Source: Syntrophales bacterium (GTDB lineage: Bacteria; Desulfobacterota; Syntrophia; Syntrophales; PHBD01). From it: DNA of 64,000 nt. Position 1 is the first letter of the stretch. Every line of letters starts with the position of its first letter. Under the pieces are notes generated by a model. That model was not told the DNA's origin. It ran no database searches and saw only the letters and a program-made list of their open reading frames with translations. The stretch is taken from contig OY764159.1 of NCBI GenBank assembly GCA_963668175.1, forward strand, positions 1,792,001 to 1,856,000, read 5' to 3'. Below, piece after piece: positions 57,996 to 64,000 of this stretch. The position numbers and the translations under genes are program-made.

Positions 57996-59393
57996 ATGCC
58001 CAAATCGACGTATCTCGCTAAACTGCAAAAGCTCGGAGATGAATTTATATATGCATTGATCGACAATCCCTACGAATGCCCGATCGTCGTCGACGAGCGG
58101 GGGATCATTTGTTTCATGAGCCGTTTCAGCAAGAAACTCATAGGAATCAACCCGAATGACGCCGTGGGCAAACACATCAAGGACGTTATCAGCGAAACGC
58201 ATCTTCACGAAATACTGGAAGACGGCAAGGCGCGTATAGCGGACCTTCTCTATATTGCGGGAAAGCAGCAGATCATCTCCCGGATCCCGCTCAAGGACCT
58301 TCACGGGCGCGTCATCGGCGCCGTCGGCAAGGGCGTTTTCAACGAGGCGTTGAAGATTTCCGATCTCAGCAAGAGGATTGAACTTTTGAACGGGCAGGTC
58401 CAGTACTATCAGAACCAGGTGTCGAGCCTCAAGGGCGGTTCCTCGATTGTCGGCAATTCCGACGCCATCAGGGATGTCAAGGAAAGCTCCCTGCTGGCGG
58501 CCAGGAGCAAGTCATCGGTTTTAATTACAGGGGATTCAGGAACGGGTAAGGAGGTCCTGGCGCAGTTCATCCATCAGAACAGCGACCGTGCCAATGGGCC
58601 GTTCATCCGGGTCAACTGCGCGTCCATACCCCAGGAACTGTTCGAAAGCGAGCTTTTCGGCTACGAGAGCGGGGCTTTCACCGGGGCCCGCTCACAGGGA
58701 AAAGCGGGGAAATTCGAACTGGCCAACGGGGGAACCATTCTTCTCGACGAGATCGGCGAAATGCCCCTTGCCATGCAGGTCAAACTCCTGCGCGTCCTCC
58801 AGGAACGGACCATCGACCGTCTGGGCGGGACAAAGGCGATTCCCGTGGATTTCAGGCTTATTGCGGCCACCAACAGGAATCTGCGGTTGATGGTCAAGGA
58901 AGGGACTTTCCGGATGGACCTCTATTACCGGATCAACATCTTTCATATCCACGCCCCCAGCCTGAGATCGATCCCGGAGGACATTCCCTTTCTGGTCAAC
59001 CATCTTGTGTCCATATTAAAGGAAGAGCTGGGCTACGGCGGGAGCGGCATTTCGCCGGAGGCGGTGGCTTTGCTCCAGCGCTACAGCTGGCCGGGAAACG
59101 TCCGGGAATTGAGAAACGTCCTGGAGCGGACCATGATCGTGGCGAAGGACAGGGTCATCCAGGTACAGGACCTTCCTGAACGCGTGCGGCTGAGCCATTA
59201 CGAGAAATATATCCCCTCGAAAGTAGGGAATCTCCGACATATCCTGGTCGAAACGGAAAAACAGGTGATCTCCGAAGCCCTTCGCATGGCCGGAGGCAAC
59301 AAGGCGAAAGCGGCCAAGATTTTGGGCATCCACAGGACGTCTCTGTATGAAAAGATGCAGCATTTCGGGCATAAAACCGAGAAAGACGACTAG
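57996..59393 (+). CDS. Sigma54-dependent activator with PAS domain
   Basis: [37 protein letters not shown], Fis HTH. Confidence 0.92.
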   Translation: MPKSTYLAKLQKLGDEFIYALIDNPYECPIVVDERGIICFMSRFSKKLIGINPNDAVGKHIKDVISETHLHEILEDGKARIADLLYIAGKQQIISRIPLKDLHGRVIGAVGKGVFNEALKISDLSKRIELLNGQVQYYQNQVSSLKGGSSIVGNSDAIRDVKESSLLAARSKSSVLITGDSGTGKEVLAQFIHQNSDRANGPFIRVNCASIPQELFESELFGYESGAFTGARSQGKAGKFELANGGTILLDEIGEMPLAMQVKLLRVLQERTIDRLGGTKAIPVDFRLIAATNRNLRLMVKEGTFRMDLYYRINIFHIHAPSLRSIPEDIPFLVNHLVSILKEELGYGGSGISPEAVALLQRYSWPGNVRELRNVLERTMIVAKDRVIQVQDLPERVRLSHYEKYIPSKVGNLRHILVETEKQVISEALRMAGGNKAKAAKILGIHRTSLYEKMQHFGHKTEKDD

Positions 59394-59412
59394 GGAAGGG
59401 GTTCCCTACCGG

Positions 59413-59629
59413 TGTCGGAAATACCTACATGTAGTGTAAGCCATACATTTGTAAATATGCTAATTATTTTAATGCTTTTCTTTTTTGCTGCATCCTTGAA
59501 AAGTGAGTGTGTCGGATAATCCAGACACGCCCTTTCCCGGGTCTCCAAGGACATTCCTCCTATTAATTAGAAATAATCACCTAAAATCAAATCGTTGTGG
59601 CGACGACGGCCTTTGGTCCGGCCTTTGCT
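59413..59629 (+). promoter_or_regulatory. Enhancer (three TGT-N11/12-ACA sites) plus sigma54 promoter of the glutarate operon
   Basis: Sites at 59413-59429, 59430-59447 and 59510-59527; TGGTCC-GGCCT-TTGCT at 59614-59629. Confidence 0.65.
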
Positions 59630-59671
59630 ATGATCCTCATAGCACCAAGAACCCGATCAAAGGAGTCATTT

Positions 59672-60649
59672 ATGGATGTTCGTCAAGACAAAGTCATGAC
59701 CTTGGAGGCGGCTGTAAAAAAGTATGTCTCCAACGGCAGCCACATTTCGATTGGGGGATTCACGGTCAACCGAAATCCCATGGCCGCGGTTTATGAGATT
59801 ATCCGCCAGGGTATCAAAAATCTTCATGTGTATGCCCACTCCAACGGCACCGGTGTCGATGAACTGGTCGGCGGAGGCTGCGTAGGCAAGATTGAGATCG
59901 CTTACGGCGGAAACGGGAGGGCTGCCCCTACCTGTATCCGTTTCAAGAAAGCCATTCAGGAAGGTACGATCCTCCATGAGGACTATTCGAATTATCAAAT
60001 GAGCCTGCGGTTCCACGCGGGTGCCATGGGCATCCCCTTTCTTCCCACCCGGTCTTCCTTAGGAACAGATATCGTCAACAAATGGGGTTTTTCAAAGGAT
60101 ATGCGCAGCGCCGATCCCAAGATCCCCGACGAGAAGCTGGTCGTTCTGGATAATCCCTTTAAAGGGTGGTGCGATTGCCGGAAGGTCGTCCTGGTTCCCG
60201 CCATCAATCCCGACGTTACGATTATTCACGTTCAGAAAGCCGACCGCCAGGGGACCTGCCGGATTCTGGGTTTGACTTTCTGCGATGTCGATCAGGCGAA
60301 GGCCGCCAGGAACGTCATCGTAACCTGCGAGGAACTGGTTGAATCGAGCGAACTCAGAAAGGATCCCGAGTACAACCAGATCCCCTTCATCCATGTGTCC
60401 GCCGTTGTTCAGGTTCCTTACGGCGCCTACCCCTCGTCATGCTTCCGCTACTACGACTACGATCCCACCCAGCTGAGCACGTTTGCGAAGGCCGCCAAGG
60501 ATGACGCGCTCTTCAAGGACTACGTCCAGAAATACGTGTACGACGCGGGAAGCCACCAGGGACTCTTGGATATGGTGGGCAAGGAACGGATAGCGAAAAT
60601 CAAGGCCGATCCCAGAACGGGTTATGCAACGGGTCTGGACAGGAAATAA
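59672..60649 (+). CDS. gctA: Glutaconate/glutarate CoA-transferase subunit A
   Basis: GGFT.NR.PMA, AGAMG.PF.P....GTD, P.V.IIH.Q.AD..G, PYGAYP; operon context. Confidence 0.85.
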   Translation: MDVRQDKVMTLEAAVKKYVSNGSHISIGGFTVNRNPMAAVYEIIRQGIKNLHVYAHSNGTGVDELVGGGCVGKIEIAYGGNGRAAPTCIRFKKAIQEGTILHEDYSNYQMSLRFHAGAMGIPFLPTRSSLGTDIVNKWGFSKDMRSADPKIPDEKLVVLDNPFKGWCDCRKVVLVPAINPDVTIIHVQKADRQGTCRILGLTFCDVDQAKAARNVIVTCEELVESSELRKDPEYNQIPFIHVSAVVQVPYGAYPSSCFRYYDYDPTQLSTFAKAAKDDALFKDYVQKYVYDAGSHQGLLDMVGKERIAKIKADPRTGYATGLDRK

Positions 60650-60660
60650 CAGGAGGCGAC

Positions 60661-61422
60661 ATGGATTACACATTAAGAGAACTAATGGCTATCAGTGCAG
60701 CCAGGGAAATAAGCAACGGGGATATCGTATTCTGCGGAACGGGTATTTCCATGGTCGCCGCCATGGCGGCAAAACATCTGAATGCCCCCGAGAGCATCAT
60801 CTTCTTTGAAACGGGAGCGATCGATTCGTCCCTGGAAGAGATTCCGATGGCGGTGGCCGACCCCCGCGTGATGTATCTGGCCGCGTCGAACGGCGGGCTT
60901 CTGGAATCGTTCGCGACCATGCAGAACCAGATCACGGGCAGCCGGGTCACCGGTATCCTGGGCGCGGCCCAGATCGACAAGTTCGGCAACCTGAACTCGA
61001 CGTGCATCGGCGACTACTTCCGGCCCAAGATCCGTTTTTCGGGCAGCGGCGGCGCCTGCGATGTCGCCTCGTACGTGTCGCGGTGCATCATCTTCATGCA
61101 GCACGAAAAAAAGAAGTTCCCCAAGAAGGTCGATTATCTGACCAGCCCCGGTTACCTCGACGGTCCCGGCGCCAGGGAAAAGGCCGGCCTCATTCCCGGC
61201 GGTCCCACGGCCGTCGTTACGAACATGGCCGTCATGCGGTTCGACGACAAGACGAAGGAAATGTATCTGTCCAAGTACTATCCGGGGATCACGCCGGAGA
61301 AGATTCTCGAGAACATGGAATTTGACGTGGATGTTTCCAGGGCCACGGAGCAGACGCCCCCGACGGCGGAGGAACTGCGTACCCTGAGGGAGAAGGTCGA
61401 CCCCCAGCGGATCATTCTGTAA
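60661..61422 (+). CDS. gctB: Glutaconate/glutarate CoA-transferase subunit B
   Basis: GTG, FETG, LG.AQID.FGNLNST.IG, GSGG..D, VDY.TSPG. Confidence 0.85.
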   Translation: MDYTLRELMAISAAREISNGDIVFCGTGISMVAAMAAKHLNAPESIIFFETGAIDSSLEEIPMAVADPRVMYLAASNGGLLESFATMQNQITGSRVTGILGAAQIDKFGNLNSTCIGDYFRPKIRFSGSGGACDVASYVSRCIIFMQHEKKKFPKKVDYLTSPGYLDGPGAREKAGLIPGGPTAVVTNMAVMRFDDKTKEMYLSKYYPGITPEKILENMEFDVDVSRATEQTPPTAEELRTLREKVDPQRIIL

Positions 61423-61540
61423 CAACGGGATATCCCCGGCCGCATGCCGGCTGAACAGGCATGTGCAGGCCTGCTGCCGCCGGGCCGGAGTATCTGAGAA
61501 TAAATGTTTCAAACTAACATATTGAATCAGGAGAAATGAG

Positions 61541-62701
61541 ATGAATTTTGAACTTTCGGATGAATTGAACATGTTGAGGACCACGGTAAGGGATTTTGCC
61601 GCGGAACGTATTGCCCCCTTCGCGGACGAGTGGGACGAGAAACATTATTTCCCTCACAAGGAAGTCGTGAAGGATATGGGGGAACTGGGATTCTTCGGTA
61701 CCGTCATTCCCGAGAAGTACGGCGGAAACGAAATGGGCTGGCTGGCCGCCATGATCATCACCGAGGAGATCGCCCGGGCCTCGAGTTCCTTGAGGGTGCA
61801 GGTCAATATGCTGGAGCTCGGATGCGCCTATACGATTCTCCGTTACGGTACGGAAGCCGCCAAGGATAAATACATCGCGAAGCTGGTCAATGCGGAGTAC
61901 CTGGGATCTTTCGGCATCACCGAACCGCAGGCCGGGTCGGACATCATGGCCATCAAGTCGACCGCCGAGGATAAAGGCGATCACTGGCTTCTCAACGGGA
62001 CCAAGACCTGGATATCCAACGCCACGCTCGGCGACCTGACCATCTTCTATGCCTACACGGAAGTGGGGGGCAAGAAGGGCCTTTCCGCATTCGTCGTCGA
62101 ACTGAAGAATTTCAACGGCATCACGGTGACGGATCTGGATAAACTGGGATCCCGTTCATCGCCCACCGGCGAAATCATCCTCGAAAACACGAAGGTTCCC
62201 AAGGAGAACATCCTGGGCAAACCGGGCGACGGTACGAAGATCGTCTTCGGGTCATTGGCCCAGACGAGGCTTTCCGCAGCCGCCGGCGGCATCGGACTGG
62301 CCCAGGCTTGTCTTGACGCCGTAACGAAATACGCCATGGAGCGCGAGCAGTTCGGGAAACCCATCGGCCATTTCCAGATGAACCAGGATCTGATCGCCCA
62401 GATGGTGATCGAGATCGAAGCGGCGAGACTGATGGTCTACAAGGCGGCCTGGCAGAAGGACCAGGGCGATATCGGCAACAACCTCGAAGTGGCCCAGGCC
62501 AAGTATCTTGCCGGCGAACTCGCTTACAAGTGCTCGCAGTACGCCATGAGGATCCTCGGCGCCTACGGTTATTCGACGGAATACCCCGTTGCGCGTTACT
62601 TCCGGGATGCACCGACCTACGCCATGGTGGAAGGTTCGGCCAACATCTGCAAATTCATCGTCGCCCAGGACCAGTTGGGCATCAGGAAAGCAAACCGTTA
62701 A
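61541..62701 (+). CDS. acd: Glutaryl-CoA dehydrogenase, non-decarboxylating type
   Basis: Closely follows the Desulfococcus/Syntrophus enzyme as I recall it: GWLAAMI.TEEIAR.SS.LRVQ.NM..LGCAYTIL, GAYGYSTEYPVAR..RDAPTY.MVEGSANICK...DQLG.RKANR. Confidence 0.9.
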   Translation: MNFELSDELNMLRTTVRDFAAERIAPFADEWDEKHYFPHKEVVKDMGELGFFGTVIPEKYGGNEMGWLAAMIITEEIARASSSLRVQVNMLELGCAYTILRYGTEAAKDKYIAKLVNAEYLGSFGITEPQAGSDIMAIKSTAEDKGDHWLLNGTKTWISNATLGDLTIFYAYTEVGGKKGLSAFVVELKNFNGITVTDLDKLGSRSSPTGEIILENTKVPKENILGKPGDGTKIVFGSLAQTRLSAAAGGIGLAQACLDAVTKYAMEREQFGKPIGHFQMNQDLIAQMVIEIEAARLMVYKAAWQKDQGDIGNNLEVAQAKYLAGELAYKCSQYAMRILGAYGYSTEYPVARYFRDAPTYAMVEGSANICKFIVAQDQLGIRKANR

Positions 62702-62761
62702 TCGGCATGATGTTACATATTGCCGCACTGACGGCATGAAGAACAAAAGGAGCAAGGAATT

Positions 62762-64000
62762 ATGAGGCAGTACTTCGAAAAAATGGATGACATCGGGAAG
62801 CCGCTCAAGCCCCAACAGGTTGAGGCGATGAAGGAGAACGTTGAAAAGATCGACACAATCATGAAAGAGATCGACGGCGAAGTCGAGCGAATCAAGAATT
62901 ACGGCGTATCCTTGGACAGCATTCACGAGCGGGGTGAAATGAGCGTTTGGGAACGGATCGAATACCTGGTCGATCCCGGCACCTTCTGCGGCCTCCACAC
63001 GATCTACGATCCCGAGAACGAGGAGTCCGGCCATACGGGCGTCATCGACGGGCTGGCCCGGATCAACGGGCGCTGGTGCATCGTCATCGGCTTCAACAAC
63101 AAATGGATCGCCGGCGCATGGATTGCCGGTCAGGCCGACAACAACCTGCGCGTGACCGACATCGCCAAGACGCTTAATATTCCGCTGGTCTGGCTGGTCA
63201 ACTGCTCAGGCGTCAAGCTGCCCGAGCAGGAGAAAGTCTATGCCAACCGCAGAGGGCAGGGGACCTGCTTCTATCGCCATGCGGAGCTCGAGCAGATGGG
63301 TATTCCCGTCATCGCGGGCATCTACGGCACCAACCCCGCCGGCGGCGGCTACCAGGGCGTGAGTCCCACGATCCTCCTGGCCCACAAGAAGTGCAACATC
63401 GCCGTGGGCGGCGGCGGCATCGTGAGCGGCATGACCCCCAAGGGTTCCTTCGATGAAGAAGGCGCGGAGAAACTGATCGAGGCCACCCGGCACTTCAAGG
63501 CCGTTCCTCCGGGAAGCGTCAAGATACACTACGACGTGACGGGGTTCTTCAAGGCGGTTTACGAGACGGAAACGCAGGTTCTCGACGCCATCAAGGAATG
63601 GATGGCCTATCTGCCCGCCTACGATCCCAAATTCTTCCGGGTTGCGGAGCCCGCGGCGCCGAAATTCGCCCCGGCCGAGCTTCCGTCGATCGTTCCCGTC
63701 AACACCAAGGAAGTCTATACCCTGAGTAATGTCGTCGCCCGTCTGGTGGACAATTCCGAGTTCATGGAATTCCGCCCGGGCTTCGGTCCCGAGATCCTGT
63801 GCGGTCTCACCAAGATCGACGGATACCTCATGGCGATCATCGGCAACAACCAGGGTTTGCTCATGAATTATCCGGAATATACCAATGCCTATCACGGCAT
63901 CGGCGGCAAGCTGTACCGTCAGGGCTTGATCAAGATGAACGAGTTCGTGACCCTCTGCAACCGCGACGGCGTCCCCATCATCTGGATCCAGGATACGTCG
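62762..64000 (+). CDS. gcdA: Glutaconyl-CoA decarboxylase alpha (carboxyltransferase) subunit, runs off the window end
   Basis: MRQYFEKM..IGK, AGAW..GQADN.LR, LVWLVNCSGVKL.EQE, GTNPAGGGY...SP, IGGKLYRQGLIKMNEFVTLC.RD. Absent from the ORF track because there is no stop in the window. Confidence 0.9.
   Translation, partial: MRQYFEKMDDIGKPLKPQQVEAMKENVEKIDTIMKEIDGEVERIKNYGVSLDSIHERGEMSVWERIEYLVDPGTFCGLHTIYDPENEESGHTGVIDGLARINGRWCIVIGFNNKWIAGAWIAGQADNNLRVTDIAKTLNIPLVWLVNCSGVKLPEQEKVYANRRGQGTCFYRHAELEQMGIPVIAGIYGTNPAGGGYQGVSPTILLAHKKCNIAVGGGGIVSGMTPKGSFDEEGAEKLIEATRHFKAVPPGSVKIHYDVTGFFKAVYETETQVLDAIKEWMAYLPAYDPKFFRVAEPAAPKFAPAELPSIVPVNTKEVYTLSNVVARLVDNSEFMEFRPGFGPEILCGLTKIDGYLMAIIGNNQGLLMNYPEYTNAYHGIGGKLYRQGLIKMNEFVTLCNRDGVPIIWIQDTS

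Noticed and set aside
1..64000. CRISPR array, rRNA, transposase, integrase or phage genes
   Set aside because: No regularly spaced repeat-spacer array or recognisable motifs were seen by eye.

Overview
GC-rich bacterial DNA whose gene content fits an anaerobic Desulfobacterota (Syntrophales-like) organism; this is an inference from gene families. The window is mostly catabolic modules. (1) Two divergent GntR-associated operons (2.0-8.6 kb minus, 10.0-25.9 kb plus), each preceded by a long perfect palindrome. Together they encode two 2-oxoacid:ferredoxin oxidoreductases, a PreA-like flavoenzyme, a nitrilase-family amidase, DUF2848, a cupin, a Glu-dehydrogenase homologue with an altered side-chain pocket, DUF1445, a Liv-type ABC importer, an unusual M24 hydrolase, a GltD-like NADPH oxidoreductase fused to a ferredoxin, and three Na+-pumping decarboxylase subunits without a carboxyltransferase. 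(2) Sigma54-driven acyl-CoA modules, including 4-hydroxybutyryl-CoA dehydratase and two MaoC paralogues. (3) An AT-richer insert with acetyltransferase, ACP and acyl-AMP ligase genes. (4) A Pho-box-flanked PstS + CHASE4 hybrid kinase + PhoB-like unit opposite a PilZ gene. (5) A glutarate operon (gctAB, non-decarboxylating glutaryl-CoA dehydrogenase, partial gcdA). DNA-level signals include a candidate SECIS that would make the FmdB-family protein a selenoprotein, and two tRNA 3'-half remnants 40.5 kb apart. The best candidate for an undescribed system is an anaerobic route from a C6 amino-dicarboxylate or N-heterocycle via 2-oxoadipate to glutaryl-CoA; this is a hypothesis. No CRISPR array, rRNA, intact tRNA, transposase or integrase was seen.
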